Shown here: positions 9,327 to 19,051 of the stretch, piece by piece
Layout: each line of letters begins with the position of its first letter
How positions within the stretch are numbered: the stretch's first letter is position 1
Origin: an uncultured Pelagibacteraceae bacterium
GTDB taxonomy: Bacteria; Pseudomonadota; Alphaproteobacteria; Pelagibacterales; Pelagibacteraceae
DNA length: 64,000 bases
Assembly (NCBI GenBank): GCA_902554315.1
Contig: CACDOF010000001.1
Coordinates: forward strand, 19,894 to 83,893
Reading direction: 5' to 3'
Program-made: the position numbers and the translations under genes
The notes under the pieces: model-generated
Databases searched by the model: none
The model's input: only the letters and a program-made list of their open reading frames with translations
Told to the model about the DNA's origin: nothing

Positions 9327-9736
9327 CTATGGAAAAAAAGTTTGTAACAAAAACTGGAGGATGTATTTGTGGAGAAATAATTTTTAAAGTTAAGCTAGAT
9401 GAAGTTCCAAGAGTTTTTAATTGTCATTGTGTAGATTGTAGAAAGAAAATAGGAGGAATGATTACAATTATTGATCTAAGAGAAGGGGCAATTGATATTG
9501 ATAAAACTAAACTAGGTATTTTTGAACATAAGGCCGGAAGTGGTCAAATAATCAAAAAACATTATTGTAAAAAATGTACTGCACCAGTTTTAACTTATGT
9601 TGAAAAATATAATAAATATTATCTTTATGCTGGAATGTTAGATGATATTAGTATTTTAAAAAAAGCTAAAAATATTTGGTATAAAGACTCTCATTTTCCA
9701 TTCATGGAAATATCTGACGAAAAGTTAAAAACTTAA
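9323..9736 (+). CDS. GFA (glutathione-dependent formaldehyde-activating) family protein
   Basis: GGCICG, CHCVDC and CKKC zinc motifs. Confidence 0.85.
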   Translation: MTMEKKFVTKTGGCICGEIIFKVKLDEVPRVFNCHCVDCRKKIGGMITIIDLREGAIDIDKTKLGIFEHKAGSGQIIKKHYCKKCTAPVLTYVEKYNKYYLYAGMLDDISILKKAKNIWYKDSHFPFMEISDEKLKT

Positions 9737-9739
9737 ATT

Positions 9740-10525
9740 TTAATCCATTCTAAAAGTATTTCCATCAACACTAATAATTTGTCCCGAAACTCTTGAAGCA
9801 TCATCTGAAATTAAATATCCACATGTTTTTGCAATATCCTCTTCATAAATCCAGGTATTCATCGATGTCATTGATATATATTCTTTTTCTACAAATTTTT
9901 TTGGAACCTTTAAAAACTTTGCTTTAGCGCTTATTACTCTATTCATTCTATCACCTTTAATAGTGCCAGGACAGATTGCATTAACTCGTATTTTAAATTT
10001 TCCTAATTCCATAGCTAAAGTCTTTGTGACTCCAACCACAGCCCATTTACTAGCTGCATAAGGAGACCTTAATGGGAAACCATGTATTCCTGCCGTAGAT
10101 GATAAATTAATTATTGATCCACCTTTATTTTTTTTAAGCATAGGAATTGCAAGTTTTGAAAAATAAAAATGACTTATTACATTTATTTTAAGAGTTTGCT
10201 CCCAATCTTTTGACTTAAGTTTTTCCAAAGTTCCAGTAGGACCGGCAATACCAACATTGTTAATAAGTGCATCAACTTTTTTTGTTTTTTTTAAAATTTT
10301 TGTAAAAAAATTGGAAACTTCTTTTTCATGAGAAGCATCACATTCATAAGAAAAAAGTTTCTTATTACTCAAAGGATGCTTTTTTGATTTATTAATAAAT
10401 TTTTTGTTTACATCACAAATAAATACAGTTGCACCGTTTTTTAGACACTCTTTTGTAGTTGTCCATCCAATACCAGAGGCCCCTGCTGAAATTATAATTT
10501 TTTTATTTTTTAGTTTTAAACTCAC
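9740..10525 (-). CDS. Short-chain dehydrogenase/reductase
   Basis: AGASGIG, NNVGIAGP, YAASK, RVNAICPG; GTG start. Confidence 0.9.
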   Translation of the reverse strand: MSLKLKNKKIIISAGASGIGWTTTKECLKNGATVFICDVNKKFINKSKKHPLSNKKLFSYECDASHEKEVSNFFTKILKKTKKVDALINNVGIAGPTGTLEKLKSKDWEQTLKINVISHFYFSKLAIPMLKKNKGGSIINLSSTAGIHGFPLRSPYAASKWAVVGVTKTLAMELGKFKIRVNAICPGTIKGDRMNRVISAKAKFLKVPKKFVEKEYISMTSMNTWIYEEDIAKTCGYLISDDASRVSGQIISVDGNTFRMD

Positions 10526-10530
10526 TATTT

Positions 10531-11382
10531 TTAATCAGCCAAACCATCTGATCTAGCTTTATTCCTTTCTATGTGTATTGGTAAAACTTTACCATAAATT
10601 GCTTTCGAGTGCTCAGGGGTATTTACTCTCCAGGGGTCCAAAACATACGCTGGAATACACATATATCTAGGTAGATTTCCTTCTATTTTTGTTACTCTGT
10701 GCAAAGTAAATCTTCCTTTAAAAATTTGTAAATCGCCAGGTTCTAATTTTAGTTGTTTAACTCTTGCTCGATCACCATTAATTACTTTTCTGACTTCATC
10801 AAAGTTTTCATCACCTGGTTTTCTTATATTTGGACAATATTCAAATATTCCACCATTTTCTGGCTTTTGTATCATCAAACTTAATGTAAATTCACAACTA
10901 TCAAAATGCCAAGGTAAAATTCCTTCAGGTCTCATTACATTATATGCATGACAAGCTAATGGATCTGCCCATCTATAAATTGGAGAAATTCCTAAGCATG
11001 AAGATACAAATTTTAAAAGCTCATCAGTTTCATAGAGAAACTTCATTTCAGAGTCTTTGGGGAAACAATCAGAATTTAAATAACCATTATAACGATTCAT
11101 AAATAATCTTTTTGGATGATCTTTAGGAAGAGCAGGGTCATCTTCAGAATATAAATAAGCATTAATACTTTCTTTTGACATATAAACTTCATCAATTTGT
11201 TTTTCCAATTCATCATTCATAATTTTAAGAGATTTAGGCAAAATAAAATTTGGAAGTGTTGAACAGCTATCTTCGTCTAGTTCTGATTTACACTTTTCTA
11301 AAATTTTTTTTATTTCTGGAGATTTTAAGTTATGTATTGGATATTTATTTAGGTTAACTATATCTTTTAATCTTTTTGTCAT
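10531..11382 (-). CDS. Fe(II)/2OG dioxygenase, HalD/BesD-like family; HxD triad indicates a hydroxylase
   Basis: LPWHFD...PENGGIFEYCPNIR...PGDLQIFKGRFTLHRVT...R. Confidence 0.65.
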   Translation of the reverse strand: MTKRLKDIVNLNKYPIHNLKSPEIKKILEKCKSELDEDSCSTLPNFILPKSLKIMNDELEKQIDEVYMSKESINAYLYSEDDPALPKDHPKRLFMNRYNGYLNSDCFPKDSEMKFLYETDELLKFVSSCLGISPIYRWADPLACHAYNVMRPEGILPWHFDSCEFTLSLMIQKPENGGIFEYCPNIRKPGDENFDEVRKVINGDRARVKQLKLEPGDLQIFKGRFTLHRVTKIEGNLPRYMCIPAYVLDPWRVNTPEHSKAIYGKVLPIHIERNKARSDGLAD

Positions 11383-11398
11383 AACTATTAGAATAAAA

Positions 11399-12424
11399 TT
11401 ATGATTTTGATAAAGAATTTTGCAACTCTTTATTAGTTATAAAACCTTTTGTATTTCCTTGTTTATCAACCACCTCAACATTAGAATTGCTACAGACAAC
11501 TTGAGGTAGAAATTCCTCAATAAATTGATCTTCTTCTACTTTTAATAAATTACTTTTATCAATTCCATCTGCGTCATTAACTGATGTCATTATAATTTTT
11601 GCTTTAATTACTTTTGTTCTATTTACATCTTTAACAAAAGCAGCAACATATTCATCTGCTGGATTCATTATTATATCTACTGGGGTTCCTACTTGTACAA
11701 GTTTTCCCGCATTTAAAATTCCAATGTGATCTCCTAGTCTTAAAGACTCATCTAAGTCGTGAGTTATAAATACTATAGTTTTTTTTAATTCTGCCTGTAA
11801 ATCTAATAATTGTTTTTGCATATCGCTTCTAATCAGCGGATCTAAAGCAGAAAATGCTTCGTCCATTAACATTATATCTGTATCTGTAGCTAAAGCTCTT
11901 GCAAGACCAACTCTTTGTTGCATACCCCCTGAAAGTTGAGCAGGATATTGATTTTCAAATCCTATTAAACCAACTGACTCAATTTTTTCCATTGCAACTG
12001 AATTTCTTTTTTCAATTTCAATTCCTTGCATCTCTAAACCATAACCTACATTTTGTAATACAGTTTTATGTGGAAATAACCCAAATCTTTGGAAAACCAT
12101 GCTCATTTTTTGTCTTCTAAAATTTATAAGCTCATCTTTTTTAAGAGTTGTTACATCTTTTCCTTCTACTAGAATTTGTCCAGCCGTCGGATCTATCAAT
12201 CTATTTAGATGTCTAATTAATGTAGACTTTCCCGAACCAGAAAGCCCCATACAAACAAATGTCTCTCCCTCTTCTATTTTAAGAGTCACATCATCAAGCC
12301 CAACAGTGTGGCCTGTTTTATCTAAGACTTCTTCTTTGCTAGCTCCATCTTTAACCATCTGAAGTACATCTGAGGGTTTTGGTCCAAAAATTTTATAAAC
12401 ATTATTTATTTCTATTTTTGACAT
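11399..12424 (-). CDS. Quaternary-amine (ProV/OpuAA-type) ABC transporter ATPase, copy 1
   Basis: GLSGSGKS, LSGGMQQRVGLARALA, MDEAFSALDPLIR, ITHD. Confidence 0.92.
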   Translation of the reverse strand: MSKIEINNVYKIFGPKPSDVLQMVKDGASKEEVLDKTGHTVGLDDVTLKIEEGETFVCMGLSGSGKSTLIRHLNRLIDPTAGQILVEGKDVTTLKKDELINFRRQKMSMVFQRFGLFPHKTVLQNVGYGLEMQGIEIEKRNSVAMEKIESVGLIGFENQYPAQLSGGMQQRVGLARALATDTDIMLMDEAFSALDPLIRSDMQKQLLDLQAELKKTIVFITHDLDESLRLGDHIGILNAGKLVQVGTPVDIIMNPADEYVAAFVKDVNRTKVIKAKIIMTSVNDADGIDKSNLLKVEEDQFIEEFLPQVVCSNSNVEVVDKQGNTKGFITNKELQNSLSKS

Positions 12425-12556
12425 TGTTATTATTTATGTTTCTTATAATAAATTCTATTTCTACCAAAACTTCAAAGTAAATATAAAAAAATTAAATATT
12501 TATTTTACAACTAATAATTGAATTGCAATAAATAGTCTTTTATATAATCATCAAAT

Positions 12557-13681
12557 ATGAGTTCGATTTCAAAAATAGAAAAAAATAGCTCCTATTTAAA
12601 AATTATCTGGAATGACGGGGAGGAAAGTAAGTTTAATTATATGTGGTTAAGAGATAATTGTCCTACAGCTCACGACAAAGATTCAAGACATAGAATGTTT
12701 AACATTTTAGAAGTTTCTCAAGAAATTAATCCAAAAAACTATTCTATAAATAATGATGGTAAATTAGAAATAGAATGGAGCGAAGGAAATCACAAAAGTT
12801 ATTATGATCCTAAATGGCTAAGAGATAATTGTTACACTATAAAAAATAATAACAAATATGTTTCGCCTTACCAACTTTGGGACAAATCTTTAGAAAATAA
12901 TTTTGACTCAATTTGTATAAATTATGATGAGATTCTTTCTTCTGATGAAGGTTTAATAAAATGGCTGGAACTACTTCATCATAAAGGTATTGCGATTGTT
13001 AAGAATTCACCGGTAGAAAAAAAATCAGCTTTTCCAGTTTTAAACAGAATAAGTCATACTAGAGAAACTTTTTTTAATACACCTTTTGAGGTTATTAATG
13101 TTCCAAAACCGAACAATTCTGCATATACCGCTCATGCCTTAAGAAATCACATGGATTTACCCTGGTTTGAGTTACCACCTGGCTATCAATTTCTACATTG
13201 CTTAATTAATGCCGCAAAAGGAGGAGACTCTTCAGCAATAGATGGATTTGCAGTTGCAGATTATTTGAGAAAAAATGAAAAAGAAATTTTTGAAACTTTA
13301 GTATCTATTCCTCTTAAATTTAGAGACAAAGATTATACTCAAGAGTCACACAGAAGTTTTCATGCGCCAGCAATAAGCTTAACAAAAGATAAAGACTACC
13401 ACGATATTAGATTCAGCGTTGCTACAATGGACGCTTTAGATTGTCATCCAGATGTTATGGAAAAAGTTTATAAAGCACATCATAGATTCGGAAATCTTTT
13501 ACATGATGATAAATTTCAAATAAATTTTAGATTAGAACCTGGAGATATTTTTTCTTTTAATAATAGACGGGTATTACATGGAAGAACAGCTTTTGATCCA
13601 AACTCAGGACATAGACATCTACAAGGCTACTATATGGATCGGGATGAGATTATAGGAAGATTAAATTTTTTAAAGAAATAA
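12557..13681 (+). CDS. Gamma-butyrobetaine dioxygenase-like (BBOX/TMLH family)
   Basis: N-terminal WLRDNC...WSEGNHKSYY zinc domain; HMDLP; NRRVLHGRTAFDPNSGHRHLQGYYMD. Confidence 0.85.
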   Translation: MSSISKIEKNSSYLKIIWNDGEESKFNYMWLRDNCPTAHDKDSRHRMFNILEVSQEINPKNYSINNDGKLEIEWSEGNHKSYYDPKWLRDNCYTIKNNNKYVSPYQLWDKSLENNFDSICINYDEILSSDEGLIKWLELLHHKGIAIVKNSPVEKKSAFPVLNRISHTRETFFNTPFEVINVPKPNNSAYTAHALRNHMDLPWFELPPGYQFLHCLINAAKGGDSSAIDGFAVADYLRKNEKEIFETLVSIPLKFRDKDYTQESHRSFHAPAISLTKDKDYHDIRFSVATMDALDCHPDVMEKVYKAHHRFGNLLHDDKFQINFRLEPGDIFSFNNRRVLHGRTAFDPNSGHRHLQGYYMDRDEIIGRLNFLKK

Positions 13682-13712
13682 AAAAAAAGGGCTCTGTTTT
13701 CACAAAGCCCTT
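13681..13712 (-). terminator. Intrinsic terminator after the betaine-type SBP gene, probably bidirectional
   Basis: Minus strand AAGGGCTTTGT-GAAA-ACAGAGCCCTT followed by a T-run, between convergent genes. Confidence 0.85.
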
Positions 13713-13736
13713 AATTTAAATTAATTTAAAAAAGTG

Positions 13737-14747
13737 TTATTTTAACCAAGACTTCCATTTATTTGGATTATTGTCTAACCACTCATTAACTACTTCTTTA
13801 ACATCTCTTTTTTTAATATCGACTTCAACTAACATTTTAGCTTGGTCAATATTTTGTAAAGACATATTCTCGAAGAATTTTTTAGCATCAGCGTGTTCAG
13901 GTTTAGCAAATGTAGCTGGATTACCATAGTTCATTGTATAATCCTTTGCCCAACCAGTTGCTGGCCATCCTTTTGTTCCACAATCTTTCCAGTTTCCTGC
14001 TTCAGTAAATGTGTCAGGATCACAAACTTTGTGATCTGGAAGTTGAACTCCAACCATGTCAAATTCACCAAAGAACCAGTGCGGTGACCATAGATATAAC
14101 ATGAACGGTTCTTTTCTCATATAAGCTGCTTTTGCTTCTGCAATAGCTGCCGCTTCAGTACCTAGCTCATCTGCTTGGAAATCAATTCCTAAAAGATCAA
14201 GTCTTTTTTGGTCATGACAGTTCCAACCTGCAACAGGACATGCTATCAATCTTCCTCTATTACCAGTCTCGATTGTAGCAAATTCTTTTTTATGATTGTT
14301 TAAATCTTTCCAAGTTTTGATGCCAAACTTTTCAGCAGCGTATCTTGGTATCCAATAATCTGAAAGACCAATGATACCAGCTGTACCCAAAAGATCTACG
14401 CTTCCATCTCCGCTGTAAGAGCCCACAACTTTGCCTTCGTATATTAAATCTTCATTAAGCATAACTGAGTCTGCCTCAGCATAACTTGGCCAACTTTCAC
14501 AAGCAAAATCTAATTCACCAGCAGCAATTGCTTCCCATAAGCCAGTTCCTGATGGAAATACGGTTTGTTTAATTTTATAACCATATTCTCTTTCAAGAAT
14601 TGCTACAGCTACTTCACATGTAATTATCCCACCAGTCCAATCTGCTATTGCTGCATGAAGTCTTTTAGCTGCATTAGCATGACCAAAAGTTCCAATTAAC
14701 AGCACTAAAGATAGAATTAGTGTTGATATTTTTTTTGATAACTTCAT
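13737..14747 (-). CDS. Glycine betaine/quaternary-amine ABC substrate-binding protein (ProX/OpuAC/TmoX superfamily)
   Basis: Signal peptide, DWTG, ESWP, CPVAGWNC, YLWSPHW; strong SD (GAGGGG). Confidence 0.85.
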   Translation of the reverse strand: MKLSKKISTLILSLVLLIGTFGHANAAKRLHAAIADWTGGIITCEVAVAILEREYGYKIKQTVFPSGTGLWEAIAAGELDFACESWPSYAEADSVMLNEDLIYEGKVVGSYSGDGSVDLLGTAGIIGLSDYWIPRYAAEKFGIKTWKDLNNHKKEFATIETGNRGRLIACPVAGWNCHDQKRLDLLGIDFQADELGTEAAAIAEAKAAYMRKEPFMLYLWSPHWFFGEFDMVGVQLPDHKVCDPDTFTEAGNWKDCGTKGWPATGWAKDYTMNYGNPATFAKPEHADAKKFFENMSLQNIDQAKMLVEVDIKKRDVKEVVNEWLDNNPNKWKSWLK

Positions 14748-14846
14748 TTTTTATTTCCCCTCTTTTAATTAATTAAAACTTATTTTAGATCAAAAACGCA
14801 TGTAATGTAAAGGTGTCAAAAAACTCTAATCTTTTCTTTAGAATGG

Positions 14847-16961
14847 TTATAAACCCAAGGCTTCTCTTTGTTTTTTTGTCCAAGCAAGCGAAATTCTATC
14901 AATAATTATAGCCAATAAAACAATTCCTATACCTGCAGCAAGTCCTCTTCCAGTATCAGACCTAGCTAAACCATTGAAAACTTCTAATCCTAGACCCTTT
15001 CCTCCAATTAGAGGTGTTACAATTTGCATTGCAAAAGCCATTATAACTGTTTGATTAAATCCTATTACCAAACTTGGAATTGCTAGAGGAAATTTAACTT
15101 TATTTAAAGTTTGTAAAAGTGTACCTCCAAAGGATCTTGATACCTCAGAATATGTACCTGATACTTGTGTTAAACCTAATGCTGTTAATCTTATAATTGG
15201 TGGGATCGAATAAATAACTGTTGCTAAGACTGCTGAAACAATACCTCCACCAAAAAACATTAAAACTGGAATTAGATAACAGAAATAAGGAAGTGTTTGC
15301 ATCGCATCCAACACAACATTTTGAATATTTCTAAATCTCTCGTTGTAAGAAGCTATTATTCCAAGAGGTACTCCAATAACAAAACACAAAATAACAGATA
15401 CCAAAACAGAAGAAAGAGTTATCATCGACTGGGGCCAAATTCCACAAGCTCCAATAAAAAGCAACAACAGTGCAGTTATAATTGCAAATCTTATACCGAC
15501 AGTAAAGTATGAGATTGCAACAAACACACCCAATGTATACCACCATGGAATATGTGTTAAAAAGATATCTAGAGGACGTAAAAGATTAAGATACACAAAT
15601 GCCCTTAAACCTTTCGTAAAAGCAATAAATCCAGGATTCACAGTCAAAGCTTCTACTGAATTTGTTATTGGTTGACGTATTGACAATCTCCATTCCTCAG
15701 GAAAAGAACCAAAGGTGAAAATATAAGAGTCGACAAAAGCAATTGCAAAAAAAATAAAAAAGGATGGTATTATATAATATCGTCTACTTATAAATTCTCC
15801 AATATCATTACCAATCTTCTTATTAAAAATTGAAATTAAAAATTCAGAAATGTATGCAGTAAAATTTGTAATTTTTAAGCAAATATAATTTATAAAATTA
15901 TAACTTAAACTTAATGGTTTTTCTAAGATTCTAGCAATTGAGTATTTTTCCCAACTTTGGGGAAGTAAATAAAATTTTTGAACATCAGATGGTAGTTTTT
16001 CTACAGATTTGCTAAAAGACATACTAAATCTATCAAACATTATAGCCATGAACAAAATACAAAGTCCACCTTCCATTGCCCATCCAACATCGAGTCTTCT
16101 TATTGCTTGCCAAACTTGTCCACCTATGCCTTCGGCCCCTATGAAACATGCCAATACGACAAGAGCAAGAGCCATCATTATAACTTGATTAATTCCCATC
16201 ATTATACTTGGCAAAGATAAAGGTATTTTTATTTTAAATAAAAGTTGCAATTTGCTTGAACCAAATGAAGTAGCCGATTCAATTGTTTCGCTAGAAACTT
16301 GCCTTATACCTGTATTTGTTAGTCTTATTATTGGCGGCATTGCATAAATCATTGTTGCTAAAATTGCAGGAGCTCCACCAATTCCAAAAAAGAATAAAGC
16401 TGGAAATAGATATACAAATGCAGGCATTACTTGCATAGTATCTAAAATCGGTTTCATGAAATTTTCAAATTTATCACTTTGAGAACATAGAACTCCTAAT
16501 ATGACTCCAAAAAAAACACACATTAAAACTGACAAGCCCATTAAGGCCACAGTCTGCAAAGATGGTTCCCACATTCCTGTTGCGCCCCAAAAATAAACTA
16601 CAAATAGTGAATATAATCCTAACCTTAAACCACCAGCTATCAAACAAGGTAAAAAAATAATTGAGGTAATTAATATCCAAGGTGAGTCAATTAAAAAATC
16701 CTCAACAAAGTAATAAGCTCCTTTAATATAACTTGCGATAATCTTAGTTATCCATCTGTAATTTTTTTTAAGATAATCTTCGCCTTCATTTACCCATGCA
16801 GTAAAAGTAAATTCATCTGTTACGACTTTGGGAAATTTTGATGGACCCTCACTTTGGGATGACAACCAAAGTGAAACTAGGAATATTAGCAATATTATAG
16901 AATATGTTACTAATTTTTTTGATTGATTAGGTTTCTCTAAAATTTCTACACCATTTGCCAT
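14847..16961 (-). CDS. ProW/OpuAB-type ABC permease with two fused membrane domains
   Basis: Two repeats: PILDTMQVMPAFVYLFP...PPIIRLTNTGIRQV and VLDAMQTLPYFCYLIP...PPIIRLTALGLTQV. Confidence 0.9.
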   Translation of the reverse strand: MANGVEILEKPNQSKKLVTYSIILLIFLVSLWLSSQSEGPSKFPKVVTDEFTFTAWVNEGEDYLKKNYRWITKIIASYIKGAYYFVEDFLIDSPWILITSIIFLPCLIAGGLRLGLYSLFVVYFWGATGMWEPSLQTVALMGLSVLMCVFFGVILGVLCSQSDKFENFMKPILDTMQVMPAFVYLFPALFFFGIGGAPAILATMIYAMPPIIRLTNTGIRQVSSETIESATSFGSSKLQLLFKIKIPLSLPSIMMGINQVIMMALALVVLACFIGAEGIGGQVWQAIRRLDVGWAMEGGLCILFMAIMFDRFSMSFSKSVEKLPSDVQKFYLLPQSWEKYSIARILEKPLSLSYNFINYICLKITNFTAYISEFLISIFNKKIGNDIGEFISRRYYIIPSFFIFFAIAFVDSYIFTFGSFPEEWRLSIRQPITNSVEALTVNPGFIAFTKGLRAFVYLNLLRPLDIFLTHIPWWYTLGVFVAISYFTVGIRFAIITALLLLFIGACGIWPQSMITLSSVLVSVILCFVIGVPLGIIASYNERFRNIQNVVLDAMQTLPYFCYLIPVLMFFGGGIVSAVLATVIYSIPPIIRLTALGLTQVSGTYSEVSRSFGGTLLQTLNKVKFPLAIPSLVIGFNQTVIMAFAMQIVTPLIGGKGLGLEVFNGLARSDTGRGLAAGIGIVLLAIIIDRISLAWTKKQREALGL

Positions 16962-17043
16962 AGTTTATATTGAGTTTAAATAAATTATTTTACTTTTAAA
17001 GGAAAATATTGTCTATTTTAATTATAATATTTTATTAATTATC

Positions 17044-18090
17044 ATGAGTAATAATGAAAAAATTACATGCTCAAATATTTGGAAACTTTTTGGGCCTGAC
17101 GAAAAAAGAATTATCAAAGAATTAGATAAAAGTTTATCTATAAAAGAGGTTCAAGAAAAGACAGGTCATGTCGTTGCAGTAAAAGATGTTAGCTTTTCAA
17201 TACAAAAGGGAGAAACATTTGTTGTTATGGGTTTGTCCGGAAGTGGCAAATCAACATTAGTAAGATGTATTTCGAGATTAATTGAGCCAACATCAGGAAC
17301 GGTTAAAATGGATGATACTGATGTAACCAAAATGAGTGCCAAAGATTTGCTGGATCTCAGAAGGAATAAAATGAGTATGGTATTTCAACATTTTGGTCTT
17401 TTTCCCCACAGAACAGTAGTAGATAATATTGGCTATGGTTTAGAAATAAGAGGAAGTAAAAAACAAGAGCGTATTGATAAATCAATGGAAGTTCTAAAAA
17501 TGGTTGGTTTAGACGGTTGGCAAAATAATTATCCAAGAGAATTATCAGGCGGTATGCAACAAAGAGTTGGTCTAGCCAGAGCATTAGCTGTCGATCCTGA
17601 AATTTTAATTTTCGACGAACCTTTTTCCGCTTTAGATCCTCTGATTAGAAGAGAGATGCAAGATGAGCTTTTAAAAATTCAAGAAAAATTGCAGAAGACA
17701 ATGGTTTTTATTACCCACGATTTTTTAGAAGCAATTAAAATGGGAGATCATATTGCAATTATGAAAGATGGAGAAGTTTCTCAAGTAGGAACCCCAGAAG
17801 AAATTGTTGCAAATCCTAAAGATCAATATGTAAAAGACTTTTGTGAAGATGTTCCAAAATACAAAGTTTTAAGTGCAAGTAAAGTAATGAGAGAAGAATG
17901 TTGTGAAGATACAAAAAAAATGTTCAAAAATGGATCTAATAATATTGATCAAAATTCAAAGATTGAAACTTTAATAGATAAACTTGTAGATACAGATCAG
18001 AAATTTCCAGTAGTTAATAGCGAGACAGGGGAGCTAGTTGGTGAAATTGACAGAGCAATTGTCATGAAATCAATGAAATCTACTAATTAA
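17044..18090 (+). CDS. Quaternary-amine (ProV/OpuAA-type) ABC transporter ATPase, copy 2
   Basis: GLSGSGKS, LSGGMQQRVGLARALA, FDEPFSALDPLIRREMQ, ITHD. Confidence 0.92.
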   Translation: MSNNEKITCSNIWKLFGPDEKRIIKELDKSLSIKEVQEKTGHVVAVKDVSFSIQKGETFVVMGLSGSGKSTLVRCISRLIEPTSGTVKMDDTDVTKMSAKDLLDLRRNKMSMVFQHFGLFPHRTVVDNIGYGLEIRGSKKQERIDKSMEVLKMVGLDGWQNNYPRELSGGMQQRVGLARALAVDPEILIFDEPFSALDPLIRREMQDELLKIQEKLQKTMVFITHDFLEAIKMGDHIAIMKDGEVSQVGTPEEIVANPKDQYVKDFCEDVPKYKVLSASKVMREECCEDTKKMFKNGSNNIDQNSKIETLIDKLVDTDQKFPVVNSETGELVGEIDRAIVMKSMKSTN

Positions 18091-19015
18091 TTTCTCTACT
18101 TACCCTAGTACTTTTTTGTTTTACCTTATCTCTCCAAATTATAATCATACCCGCAAACACAATTACAAAAACCCCAGGGAATAACTGCTCCCATGGTGCT
18201 TCATTAAAAAATAACCAACCTAAAATAAATGAAGAAGGAATACCAAAATATTCAAACGATGCCATCTTGCTTGCTGATATTAGTCGATAAGCATAAATAA
18301 AAAGTATTGCAGCGGTTCCTCCAAGAATTCCAGTTAATGTCATGAGAAAAAAGTCATCAGTGCTTTTAATTTCTGAGTGTCCTGTTGTGATTAAAAATAA
18401 TATTACTGCACCTATTACATTAAATATTAATGTATATAATTGAATTTTAGCTGTTGAATGTCCATCAGGAATAAACTTTAAAATTATAACTGTAAAAGCC
18501 CATGCAATCGCGGTTAAAATTGGAAAAATAGAATAATAACTAAATATATCACTTGTTGGCTGCACGATAAGAACAACTCCAAAAAATCCAATAAAAATTG
18601 CTGACCATCTGTAAATACCCACCTTATCCTTCAAGAAAAGTATTGATAGAATTACAATAAAAAAAGGAGATGAAAAAGTTAAAACCATCGCGGTAGCAAA
18701 ATCTAGGTTAATAACAGAAATAAATATAAAAATATTCATAGATAAAAAACCCAATCCTCTAAGAAAACTTAAAATAATAAATTTACTGTTTAAATATTTA
18801 AAAACCGAAATGTACTCTTTGGTAAATAAAATAAGTAAAATTAAAGGAATTATACCTGCAATATTTCTAAAAACCGCAAGCTGAATTACAGTGTATTCAT
18901 CACCTAAGAACTTTATTACAACCATATACATGTCCACACATAGAATTGCTAAGAGCATTGTAACTATTGCTAAGTAAGTTTTTTTTAAATCTGCTTTTTC
19001 TGAAGAAATATTCAT
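18083..19015 (-). CDS. DMT/EamA family transporter
   Basis: About 10 TM helices; LKDKVGIYRWSAIFIGFFGVVLIVQP. Confidence 0.9.
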   Translation of the reverse strand: MNISSEKADLKKTYLAIVTMLLAILCVDMYMVVIKFLGDEYTVIQLAVFRNIAGIIPLILLILFTKEYISVFKYLNSKFIILSFLRGLGFLSMNIFIFISVINLDFATAMVLTFSSPFFIVILSILFLKDKVGIYRWSAIFIGFFGVVLIVQPTSDIFSYYSIFPILTAIAWAFTVIILKFIPDGHSTAKIQLYTLIFNVIGAVILFLITTGHSEIKSTDDFFLMTLTGILGGTAAILFIYAYRLISASKMASFEYFGIPSSFILGWLFFNEAPWEQLFPGVFVIVFAGMIIIWRDKVKQKSTRVSREIN

Positions 19016-19051
19016 TTATAATTTTTTAAAATTGTATACTTTATAAATAAA

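Noticed and set aside
10531-11382. Radical halogenase
   Set aside because: The iron triad retains Asp (HFD); halogenases have Gly or Ala at that position.
14790-14820. Perfect TTGACA on the minus strand upstream of the betaine SBP gene
   Set aside because: No credible -10 hexamer at 16-18 nt spacing, so no promoter was called.
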